Of a stretch of 64,000 nucleotides of DNA, positions 47,690 to 56,664 are shown one piece after another. Source of the stretch: a virus; IMG/VR virus record IMGVR_UViG_3300025861_000007; one strand, written 5' to 3'. The translations under genes were made by a program, and so were the position numbers. The notes below the pieces were generated by a model. It made no database searches. It was given only the letters and a program-made list of their open reading frames with translations, and was not told the origin of the DNA. Each line of letters begins with the position of its first letter. Within the stretch, counting starts at the first letter, position 1.

Positions 47690-48373
47690 TTATAACATTA
47701 AGTCATTATTAGGTGTTTTAATTATCCATTTAATTTTTTGTTTTTCTGATATTTTATTTTTAGCGTTTTCTGTATGTCTATATTTTTTATTCTTTTCTGA
47801 TAAAATTTTTTTAGATTTTTCTGTATGAGATTTACCCTTCATCCAAGGTGTTTGACCTTTTTTAGATACACTAATTTTATTTTTAGTCTCTTGTGATAGT
47901 CCCCTACCTTTTATAGAGTGTGGTTTACCTTTTTTGGATTCACTGATTTTTTTCTTGGTTTCTTCAGATAACGGTTTTAATTTTCTATTTTTTAATTTTT
48001 TACTAATTTTTTTCTTAGTCTCTTCTGAGATTATAACAATTTTACCTTTATTAGATTTACTAATTTTATTTTTAGTATCTTCTGAATGTTTTTTCCCTAA
48101 CATAGGTGAACCACCATCACCGCCGTTAGATATGTTATACCCTATTTTAGGGTTTTGTGAGTTAAGTTTTTCTATCCAAAATGTTTCACGTTCATTTAAT
48201 TTTTTACGTGTATCACAATACTCAATTATCTCTTTTTTAAAATTTTCTATACCATATTTTTTTATAGCTCTTTTTAATTTTATTCCAGAACCTAAGTATT
48301 TTGGGTTGTTTTTGACATCCTTGCCAATATAAAATTTATTATTCAATAAATTAGTTGTTTTATATATAACCAT
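47690..48373 (-). CDS. GIY-YIG homing endonuclease (probable +1 frameshift near 3' end, extension to 47572)
   Basis: MVIYKTTN..NNKFYIGK, YLGSG, ERETFWI, repeated SEETKKKISE. Confidence 0.88.
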   Translation of the reverse strand: MVIYKTTNLLNNKFYIGKDVKNNPKYLGSGIKLKRAIKKYGIENFKKEIIEYCDTRKKLNERETFWIEKLNSQNPKIGYNISNGGDGGSPMLGKKHSEDTKNKISKSNKGKIVIISEETKKKISKKLKNRKLKPLSEETKKKISESKKGKPHSIKGRGLSQETKNKISVSKKGQTPWMKGKSHTEKSKKILSEKNKKYRHTENAKNKISEKQKIKWIIKTPNNDLML

Positions 48374-48414
48374 AATAGTATTTTTATATATAAATATTTA
48401 TTACTTAGATGTAG

Positions 48415-49740
48415 TTACCTAAAATTATTAATTTCTTCTGTCAATTTTTTGACATTTTTTTCATTACTGGTCATGATTTGTTTATACCAAGAAGCTCTTG
48501 TTTTGGTTACAACATCGATATGATATTTTTTAACAACAGTATCATAAAGATTTTGACCCATTCTTTCAACCATATGTGGGTTTTTCTCTAAAAATTTAAT
48601 GGCTTTAAACCAATCTTTATGATTCTTAGTTGAATCGACAAGGATTGCATTACCATTCTCATTTATTGTACCACCATACTCAATTACATTGACTAAATCA
48701 ATAGTGTATGGTCCAAAGTTCTGTGCAATTAAGGCTTTCTTGTGGAAACCAGCCTCGATAACTTTAAGTTGGGATTTACACTTATTAAAGATATGGTCCT
48801 TAATTGGTGCCAACGAAATATCGAACATATTATAGTTTGAGGCGTATGTTGTAATCGGTTTAGTCCACACTCTTCTATAATTTTCGTTATTGTCTTTATA
48901 TTCATTATCTTCATCCTGATTGTATTTCAACAAATGTTTTTTATATTCAGGACTGATAATTTTATAATTGTCGGTAAACATTTCTTCATAACGACACCAA
49001 ACACTTTCTTGTGGTAAAATCTTTCTTGTTCTTTGTTCACCTGTTTGTGGGTTTGTTTCTGTGATATTACCTCTTAAGTCAAAACCACAAAGAACTAATT
49101 GTGAATCCTCACCTTGAGGTGAATGCATCCATTGATTCAAACCTTGTCTAACAAGTTCTAAGTCTCTTAAGTGGGAAGAACCACCTAACCAACCAATTCT
49201 CATTTTTTTATTACTGATAACTTCTTTCTTTTGGAACTGTTCTTCAGATGGGTCAATAGCGTTAGGAATTACAACAACATTTTTATTGAACTTAGATATT
49301 TCTTGAGCGAATATTTTAGTAGTCGTTGTTACATAATCAACAACCTTTAAATTGGCTTTAATTTTTTCATCAATTTTAGATTGTTTCAATAATGGGTATG
49401 CTGGGTGATCCATAGTAGGCATCCAATAATCATCTAAATCCATGATTGTGATAATACCCATACCTTTTAATTTATCAAAAATCTTTTTAGCATGTTCATC
49501 ATAAACAGGTTGTAACTGACCATTTACAATGTCACTTACAGTTCTATGGAAATGTACAATATGGAATTGTTTTAAATAGTTATCATCATTCCAATGAACA
49601 CCATCAGTACCTGCTGTTACTATATCAATGAAAAAATCATCAGGAAATAATTCATGTAATTTTAAGTGTGGGTCGACTGACCTAAATTTTGATACCCCAC
49701 TTCTGTCTGAAGGTATTACTAAAACTTTAATTTGACTCAT
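48415..49740 (-). CDS. GT4-like glycosyltransferase
   Basis: IMDLDDYW, VIPNAID, IGWLGGSSH, KSQLKVIEAG. Confidence 0.85.
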   Translation of the reverse strand: MSQIKVLVIPSDRSGVSKFRSVDPHLKLHELFPDDFFIDIVTAGTDGVHWNDDNYLKQFHIVHFHRTVSDIVNGQLQPVYDEHAKKIFDKLKGMGIITIMDLDDYWMPTMDHPAYPLLKQSKIDEKIKANLKVVDYVTTTTKIFAQEISKFNKNVVVIPNAIDPSEEQFQKKEVISNKKMRIGWLGGSSHLRDLELVRQGLNQWMHSPQGEDSQLVLCGFDLRGNITETNPQTGEQRTRKILPQESVWCRYEEMFTDNYKIISPEYKKHLLKYNQDEDNEYKDNNENYRRVWTKPITTYASNYNMFDISLAPIKDHIFNKCKSQLKVIEAGFHKKALIAQNFGPYTIDLVNVIEYGGTINENGNAILVDSTKNHKDWFKAIKFLEKNPHMVERMGQNLYDTVVKKYHIDVVTKTRASWYKQIMTSNEKNVKKLTEEINNFR

Positions 49741-49771
49741 ATTAATTCTTAAATTCTTATTATTATAAAAT

Positions 49772-49802
49772 AAAAAACCCTCTACAAAAGTGAGGGTTTT
49801 TT
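49772..49802 (-). terminator. Intrinsic terminator
   Basis: AAAAAACCCTC...GAGGGTTTTTT. Confidence 0.75.
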
Positions 49803-49822
49803 AGTTTTTTGTAAAGGTTACA

Positions 49823-49879
49823 TTATTTTTTTCCTTTAGGAGTACCTTTCTTGCCTTTACATCCACAACCTTTTTCCAT
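49823..49879 (-). CDS. Putative 18-aa basic micropeptide
   Basis: MEKGCGCKGKKGTPKGKK*, A-rich leader, terminator downstream. Confidence 0.5.
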   Translation of the reverse strand: MEKGCGCKGKKGTPKGKK

Positions 49880-49903
49880 TTTTCTTTTTTTTTAATTTAG
49901 ATG

Positions 49904-50557
49904 TTATCCTTTTCTCTTTGGCATTGGCATTACGGTACCAGAAAAGATAGTGTTACCTGCCTTAAATTGAACATTTTCTTTAACCAAACGAGATTCAAAG
50001 TAGTGTTCGATAATTTTAGGGAGAGCCTTTGTTATTTCTGAAGCTATTAACTTTCTTAAATATTTTTCGTCAACATTAACTGGTTCAGATATTTGTTCTT
50101 GAATTACCCTCTTTTTTTGTGTTTGTGTTCTTCTTACGGGTTTTTCGTACATATCAATCTCATCTTCCTCACTGTAAGTTGAATGATTTTCTCTAACATC
50201 ACCTCTTAATTCTCTAATAGCATCTTCATCTACATCCATTCCCATAAAATCTGGTTGTGGGATTGGGTTTTCTAACATTGCCTTTTGAATTGCTGGAGGT
50301 AATTTACAACTTGTAACTCTTTGATTGTACATCTCAGAGCCGACATCTTTTTTAATTGATGTTACATTCTCCGATACCATCATGTTACCACCTGAATGTG
50401 CCATACCAGCTTCTTCTGCGGTAATTAATTTAGTACCATCGATTTGATCGTATAGACCTGCTGATTTCGATTTTTTGGGTGCCCCGTTATCAAACTTTTC
50501 AGCTGCCTTATCTATTTGTTTGGCCTTTTTTAATATTTCTAATAATTTTGGATCCAT
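49904..50557 (-). CDS. Hypothetical protein
   Basis: 217-aa ORF. Confidence 0.7.
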   Translation of the reverse strand: MDPKLLEILKKAKQIDKAAEKFDNGAPKKSKSAGLYDQIDGTKLITAEEAGMAHSGGNMMVSENVTSIKKDVGSEMYNQRVTSCKLPPAIQKAMLENPIPQPDFMGMDVDEDAIRELRGDVRENHSTYSEEDEIDMYEKPVRRTQTQKKRVIQEQISEPVNVDEKYLRKLIASEITKALPKIIEHYFESRLVKENVQFKAGNTIFSGTVMPMPKRKG

Positions 50558-50943
50558 TAAAACCTTGCTTGTTTATATATTGTTATCATACTTCTATCAC
50601 CTCTAGGGTTATATTTCGGTATATTTCTTACTCTGTCTGAAATTGGTGTTCTAAAAGGTAGTTCTCCAGTTTCATCCCAATCTAATATTCTATCCAATCT
50701 AAAAGTTTTCCATCCTGGTTGTTCAGTATCGGTAACACCTTTATATTGGTAGGCACGTAAAATTGGGTTGCCTGCAAGTGATAGTCCTAGTACATAGGGT
50801 TCAATAAATCTCTCCCCTGGTGCTTCAACCTCATCACCACCATAATTTATTCTAACACGGTTATGGTTTGTGATTGCTCTCTCCACTTCTGACCTGTAGG
50901 CAGCTTCTAAAATAATCTCATTTAGAAGAGAGTAAAGTTTCAT
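50557..50943 (-). CDS. Stand-alone WYL-domain protein
   Basis: Likely start MKLYSLLNEIILEA; INYGG...RFIEPYVLG...LRAY...WKTFRLDRI. Confidence 0.75.
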   Translation of the reverse strand: MKLYSLLNEIILEAAYRSEVERAITNHNRVRINYGGDEVEAPGERFIEPYVLGLSLAGNPILRAYQYKGVTDTEQPGWKTFRLDRILDWDETGELPFRTPISDRVRNIPKYNPRGDRSMITIYKQARF

Positions 50944-50944
50944 T

Positions 50945-51295
50945 TTACCAATGTTGTTCAGGATAGTTTTTATCGTAGTAACCCATACCTGGTTTATATT
51001 TGTTACCAGATGAATAAACAAGTGTGTTTTTAGTCATGATATCAGTCTTAGTACCAACCTGATTATTCATTTCACCACGTCCATGTTCATCCATGTTACT
51101 TAAAGCGTTAAGGTGTTGAGCACCATATCTATCATTATCATTATCCTTATAATCATTAAGGACAGTTAATTTTAGACGTTCAACATCAGCTGTTTGCTTT
51201 AAACTAGGTAATTGGTTTAAAACACCACCTGGTCCCATATCCTGAACACTAGCGTTGTCAGTAAGAACTGGTGAAATTACTTGTCTGTGTGCCAT
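50945..51295 (-). CDS. Hypothetical protein
   Basis: 116-aa ORF. Confidence 0.65.
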   Translation of the reverse strand: MAHRQVISPVLTDNASVQDMGPGGVLNQLPSLKQTADVERLKLTVLNDYKDNDNDRYGAQHLNALSNMDEHGRGEMNNQVGTKTDIMTKNTLVYSSGNKYKPGMGYYDKNYPEQHW

Positions 51296-51813
51296 AATTC
51301 TTTGTTTTTATCGAAAATGTTTATTAAGGATTCCATCATTCTCATTTCTTGGATTCCTCTATTATCATAAATATGCCTTGATGAAGAACTTATTTTACCA
51401 TTTTTAACTTTAACATTGTCTGTTGAGATTCCGTCTTTAGTATGTGTCTTCATATATTGATTTTGCATACCCGTATTCTTCTTAGCCTCTTTAGGGTTTT
51501 TAATTGCCTCTCTAGCTTTATTTAAACTATCATTAACCCAAAATCTCATTTTAGAACCACCATTAAGAATAAATTCGGTATCTTGTTTCTTATCATCCAT
51601 GTCTTTAACTCCAGCTGTTTTATGTGAATCAAAAAAGTTTTTAATTCTTTTTAATTCTTCATAACTAACTTTTGGTGTGTTGACTAGATTTCTAAGTCTT
51701 TGATAACCTTTTTGGTTTTTATCACCTTTGTAGGCATTTAAAGTTTTTTTGAGGTGATTTTGTAATTCCTCAGGTATGTTCCAAGTATATCCCTGTAAAG
51801 AACTATTTGCCAT
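51277..51813 (-). CDS. Hypothetical protein
   Basis: 178-aa ORF; VSYEELKRIKNFFDSH...LNGGSKMRFWV. Confidence 0.7.
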   Translation of the reverse strand: MANSSLQGYTWNIPEELQNHLKKTLNAYKGDKNQKGYQRLRNLVNTPKVSYEELKRIKNFFDSHKTAGVKDMDDKKQDTEFILNGGSKMRFWVNDSLNKAREAIKNPKEAKKNTGMQNQYMKTHTKDGISTDNVKVKNGKISSSSRHIYDNRGIQEMRMMESLINIFDKNKELWHTDK

Positions 51814-52556
51814 TATCTTAATTTTTTTAACATTTCTTGTTTATATTCGTTAGGAATATCTACAGTACCAATATTATTGATTAAGAAATTAAGAATAATT
51901 CCTTTTTGTTCTCCACTTGCTTGATTCTTCTCAATGATGTCAATTAAGTTTTTAACTTTTCTAACTAAAACAGGGTTTTCTTCAATAACGTCTATATTTG
52001 GAATTCCGTTTCTACGAATTTCACCGTCTGATTTAATCTTATTCAAAACATCTTTAGAGAAATTTTTAGAAACAATATCCTCAACATATTCCTCCATTTT
52101 AGCTTTTGATGCCTCTTTAATTCTTTCTTTAGATTTAGTTACCTTATCAATCATTTTATCTCGATAAGAATCATTACCCTTTTTTTCGGGTATGTTATGA
52201 GAAGGATTATGTTTTAAAGTTTTCTTAGACTTTTCAACCTTTTTTCTCATTTTATCTCTATAACTTTCTTTTTCATCCTCCATATAATCACTAGTACTTT
52301 CATCATCACTAACTGTTCTAGCAATACCAGCCGCACGTGCTGGAAGTGGTACTAAACTGTACGGAAATTTTCTATATCCTTGTTGACGTGTACTTTGAAC
52401 TGTGGAATTTTTTAATTGATCACCATCTTCAGGGTTGAACATGGGGTCCATAGTACTATTAGAGGCAGATTTGGCGTTATCAACACTTAATTTAACATTG
52501 TTACCACCAATTCTAACACCATCTTTATCTACAAATTCATTTATCCAATTAATCAT
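51813..52556 (-). CDS. Hypothetical protein
   Basis: Likely start MINWINE after ATATTTAT; internal SYRDKM..KV.KSK duplication; SDYMEDE motif. Confidence 0.7.
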   Translation of the reverse strand: MINWINEFVDKDGVRIGGNNVKLSVDNAKSASNSTMDPMFNPEDGDQLKNSTVQSTRQQGYRKFPYSLVPLPARAAGIARTVSDDESTSDYMEDEKESYRDKMRKKVEKSKKTLKHNPSHNIPEKKGNDSYRDKMIDKVTKSKERIKEASKAKMEEYVEDIVSKNFSKDVLNKIKSDGEIRRNGIPNIDVIEENPVLVRKVKNLIDIIEKNQASGEQKGIILNFLINNIGTVDIPNEYKQEMLKKLR

Positions 52557-52599
52557 GTTAAATTCTTTTCTTATAAATATCAAAGAATTTTCATTTATT

Positions 52600-55425
52600 T
52601 TATTGGTTTTCTTGAATTTCAGGAATTTCTTTAAAACGGTCTCTAATCATATACTCGGAAGAGATACCCTTACTTCTCCAAAATTCAACCTCACCATCAC
52701 TCATAGTCATTAATTCTTCAAGTGTATCTTGGTCTTCAGGATTTGTTGGAATACCACCTACTAATTCTAATTCTTTTGAAGTGAAGAATTGTTTTAACTC
52801 AGGATTATCGATGATTAACGATTCTCTAACGTGGAGTGGGAATACAACCAATAAAGGTTCTACTTTCTTGTTGAAAGCTTCAATATATTTTGGAACATTA
52901 TAGTCACCGGTTAAATCAGGATTCTTTTTAATTTGTTCTTCTGTAATTAAATAACAATTAAATTTAAGTTCCCCTTCAGGTGTTTTTTTAGTTTTACTAA
53001 AAGATATATCCGCGTGTGACTTACGAGTACCATTATTAACGTAATATAAAGTGTCCCCTAAATTAACATGTACTTGGTCACGAATAATTAATTCCATGTG
53101 TGCTTGTCTAGGTAAATCTCTACCGTTTTTATCTAAACCTCTTTTAAGGTAAGACTCAACAGTTTTTTTAACCTTTGATTTGTTAGCAATATCAACTAAT
53201 GGGATTTGTTTATTGTAAATTTTCTCTAAATACTCATAATAGAAATCAACAAATTCCTTACCCTTACCGTCTAAAAGTAATCTGATACCTTTAGCTAAGA
53301 ACTTCTCAATATATTTTGGTATGGTTTTACCTTTGATTGTATTACCTGTTAATTTTACTTTACCACCTGGTTTTAAAATGGCGTAATTCTTTCTTGAAAA
53401 GTTTACAGTGGCCTCCATAATATCGTCGATATCAAGACCCATAGCCCCGAACATATATCTTTCATTATATTCAGCAACATCGGCATCAATACCTTCATAG
53501 ACAACATCTTTCTTAACAAAACGATGTAATCCTTTACCTGTATATCTTCTAGTCTCAACATCATCAGGACAAGAGAAGTTAACACCGTCAGTATCTAATA
53601 CTAATGGTTTGTAACCCCTATCCATAAAGAATTTAATCATCAAACGTAAATACTGACGACCTGTACAAGTAATTTGTTCACCAATATCAATATCACCCCA
53701 AGGGAAGATATAAGGAGCGGAAATAGAACCGAAGGCAGAGTTATTTAAAATCTTAATCGGTAATTGTTTTTTATCATACATTGAAGCCATTCTAGCATTA
53801 CCTGCTGCATTAGCCTCATTCATTAACCCTTTATATTTGTTACGAGTATCAGATAGATATTTTAACATAGCTCGTAAAGCACCTGTGATATCACAATCAG
53901 GAAACACTTCATGAGTTAACTGAATCGATGGATAAAGTGATGCGTAGTCAAACTTAGCAACTTTTCTACTATAACCTAAGTTTAATAACCTCGATAAACC
54001 ACCAACGAAATCACGTTTTGGTAACATGTCAGGGAGTGCTAGGTTATTTTCATAAGACCAAGCCATCATCAATAATTTCCACATTGTGGCCGTACCCATT
54101 GTGATTGAACGACCAAATGTTGTTGGTACCAAAGCCGCCGTTAAGAAACCGGCTTGTGTGTAGATATCATCAACTTGTTCGGTTTCTAACAAGTCATCCG
54201 TTAAGTATTCTGTAATTAAAAAACGACCATCAACAACTTCCCATCTATCCTCATAACCATCAATAACAACTATTTCACCTTTTTTATTTTCATGTGTTTT
54301 AGGTTCTGGTTTAATACCATCTAAATCATACCACTGTCCACTTGTTGGGTTATAGTTATAATTTTTATTTTCAACCCACATTCTACCCAATTGAGCACCA
54401 TCTACATATACACGAGTAGGTCTTTCTACTTTTGCTTCTTTTGCAATATATTTCAAACCAGCTTCACGAATATTTGAGTTAAGAGCTTGTGCTTGTCTAA
54501 CTCTGTGTAATGTATCTAAAATATTAGTACCCCACATTACAGTTTGTTCATACTGTTCAAGTTCAGCACCTAATTTTAAACTTGCCTCTTTTCTTTTTAA
54601 ATCAATTAATGGGTGTTTGGTTTTAGCTACCTTGGTAATATCCATTCCAAGAAGTCTTGCTCGACCTAGAATATAATACCAGTCAAAGTTCTCAGAGTTA
54701 TATCCTGTAATAATTGAAACATTACGTTCATGGATAATATCAAAAAACTTTTTAATCATGTTACGTTCACACTCTTCTGAATGTTTCTTCCCATTCTCAT
54801 CGTATGAATCAAGAATTGTACGGAAACCACGGTTATCTTTAATACCTATTAAGAAGATATGTCCTTCTTCTGGGTCTAAAGACGTGGTCTCAATATCGAA
54901 TACTAATTTGTGAACTTCTGTATAATCCTCAAATCCTTTAAACAAACGTTTACCTGTTTGAATCATAAATTGTTCAATAGGTTGTACCATTTGAATTAAG
55001 TCTCTTCTTTTCCAAGGGTCTAATCCACCTCTTTTAAAGAAATTAACTAAATCACGATAAGTACCTGAACTTTTTACTATGAATTTAAAACCCTCTTCAA
55101 GACGTTCATTATCGTCAGTTCTAAGTTTCTCGGTGAAAATACCGTACTTCTTAGCCTCTTTACGCATTTTCTCTACGTCATCACCATAAAATCCACTACC
55201 TCTTAAAGATTTTGTCCATAAGAATGGTGTAAACTTTTGTGTTTTAATCATCTTACCCTTTTTAGGGTCGTCAATAATAGTATAAACTCGGTTGGATTCA
55301 TCTACTGACCAATCGTCTGTTTGGTCAAGTTCTACAGCCACTATATATTTTTCGGAGTCGTGGCCTTCTAAGAACACCTTAATATCTTCAGGTGTTGCCT
55401 GTATAATTTTTTCTTTCTTACTCAT
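52600..55425 (-). CDS. polB: Family B DNA polymerase
   Basis: FDIETT (ExoI), GYNSENFD, FDYASLYPS, KKQLPIKILNNSAFG, LDTDG; no intein seen. Confidence 0.95.
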   Translation of the reverse strand: MSKKEKIIQATPEDIKVFLEGHDSEKYIVAVELDQTDDWSVDESNRVYTIIDDPKKGKMIKTQKFTPFLWTKSLRGSGFYGDDVEKMRKEAKKYGIFTEKLRTDDNERLEEGFKFIVKSSGTYRDLVNFFKRGGLDPWKRRDLIQMVQPIEQFMIQTGKRLFKGFEDYTEVHKLVFDIETTSLDPEEGHIFLIGIKDNRGFRTILDSYDENGKKHSEECERNMIKKFFDIIHERNVSIITGYNSENFDWYYILGRARLLGMDITKVAKTKHPLIDLKRKEASLKLGAELEQYEQTVMWGTNILDTLHRVRQAQALNSNIREAGLKYIAKEAKVERPTRVYVDGAQLGRMWVENKNYNYNPTSGQWYDLDGIKPEPKTHENKKGEIVVIDGYEDRWEVVDGRFLITEYLTDDLLETEQVDDIYTQAGFLTAALVPTTFGRSITMGTATMWKLLMMAWSYENNLALPDMLPKRDFVGGLSRLLNLGYSRKVAKFDYASLYPSIQLTHEVFPDCDITGALRAMLKYLSDTRNKYKGLMNEANAAGNARMASMYDKKQLPIKILNNSAFGSISAPYIFPWGDIDIGEQITCTGRQYLRLMIKFFMDRGYKPLVLDTDGVNFSCPDDVETRRYTGKGLHRFVKKDVVYEGIDADVAEYNERYMFGAMGLDIDDIMEATVNFSRKNYAILKPGGKVKLTGNTIKGKTIPKYIEKFLAKGIRLLLDGKGKEFVDFYYEYLEKIYNKQIPLVDIANKSKVKKTVESYLKRGLDKNGRDLPRQAHMELIIRDQVHVNLGDTLYYVNNGTRKSHADISFSKTKKTPEGELKFNCYLITEEQIKKNPDLTGDYNVPKYIEAFNKKVEPLLVVFPLHVRESLIIDNPELKQFFTSKELELVGGIPTNPEDQDTLEELMTMSDGEVEFWRSKGISSEYMIRDRFKEIPEIQENQ

Positions 55426-55501
55426 ATGTCTTTATCTTTTTTGGACAGGGTAAAGATTTAACCGTTCGTAATTTTATTTTAATCATAAATATTTATTATA
55501 T

Positions 55502-56221
55502 ATGAGTAAACGGTTAACAAAAAATGATTTTATATTAAAAGCTAAAGAAAAACATGGGGATAAATATGATTATTCTTTAGTGGTTTATAAAAACAATAAA
55601 GATAAGGTTGAAATCATTTGTCCCATTCATGGTGTTTTTAATCAAAGACCTAAAGATCATATGAGAGGTGATGGTTGCCCCAAACATAAAAATCAGGGTG
55701 ATAAATTATCTCACAATAATGATATTTTCATAGAAAAGGCTAAAATAATTCATGGTGATAAATTCGAGTATGATTTAGTAGATTATAAAAATAATTACAC
55801 TAAAGTTAAGATAAAGTGTAGGTTACATGGTATTTGGGAACAAAAACCATCTCACCATTTATATGGAAAGGGGTGTCCATCTTGCAATACGTCAAAAGGG
55901 GAATTAAAAATTCAAAATATTTTAAAAAATAAAAATATTAAATACTTAACGCAATATAGTTTTGTTGATTGTAAATATAAAAAACCTTTAAAATTTGATT
56001 TATATTTACCCGATTATAACACCTGTATAGAATATGATGGACAGCAACACTTTCAACCTATATTAAAATTTGGTGGTGATAAAAAATTAGAGTTGAATCA
56101 ATTACGAGATAAAATTAAAGAAAATTATTGTATAGAAAATAATATTAATTTAATACGTGTTAAATATTGTGATAATATAGAAGAATTGTTTTCCAAAATA
56201 CCCACTCGTTTTAAAAATTAG
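55502..56221 (+). CDS. Zn-ribbon / PD-(D/E)XK (Vsr/Hef-like) homing endonuclease
   Basis: Repeated C..HG.......H..G.GCP modules; FDLYLPDYNTCIEYDGQQH. Confidence 0.8.
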   Translation: MSKRLTKNDFILKAKEKHGDKYDYSLVVYKNNKDKVEIICPIHGVFNQRPKDHMRGDGCPKHKNQGDKLSHNNDIFIEKAKIIHGDKFEYDLVDYKNNYTKVKIKCRLHGIWEQKPSHHLYGKGCPSCNTSKGELKIQNILKNKNIKYLTQYSFVDCKYKKPLKFDLYLPDYNTCIEYDGQQHFQPILKFGGDKKLELNQLRDKIKENYCIENNINLIRVKYCDNIEELFSKIPTRFKN

Positions 56222-56262
56222 TAACTAAATAAAAATCGTAAAAAATTGGTGCGTTGTAAATA

Positions 56263-56652
56263 TTAACAAACAATTTTAGCGTTAGTAAAACTGTCAAGTA
56301 CATTCACATATAAATCTTCTCTGATTGGGATAATTAAAGAACATCCATCATCTAGAAAATCAATTCTAAACTCAGCTTTGAAAGAACCAGATTGATTTGT
56401 GTCTTTAACATCAAATTTGTAACCTAAATAATATTCACCATCTTCAGGACAAATCTCCTTATCAACAGGTAACAATAAACCTTGTTTATTGAATACTTTA
56501 TAATTACCTTTTTCATCCATCATAGAGAATGTGATGGCAGCATTTTCTAATCTATCGTAAATTTTACGAAAATCAGCTCTACCATCATTAATTACCTTCA
56601 ATTTGAGAAGGGGTAAATTTGAATTTTTTCTTATAAAGAAATTTTGTGCCAT
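56263..56652 (-). CDS. BppU N-terminal-like baseplate/tail protein
   Basis: FFIRKNSNLPLL...DTNQSGSFKAEFRI. Confidence 0.5.
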   Translation of the reverse strand: MAQNFFIRKNSNLPLLKLKVINDGRADFRKIYDRLENAAITFSMMDEKGNYKVFNKQGLLLPVDKEICPEDGEYYLGYKFDVKDTNQSGSFKAEFRIDFLDDGCSLIIPIREDLYVNVLDSFTNAKIVC

Positions 56653-56664
56653 ATCTAATAAATA

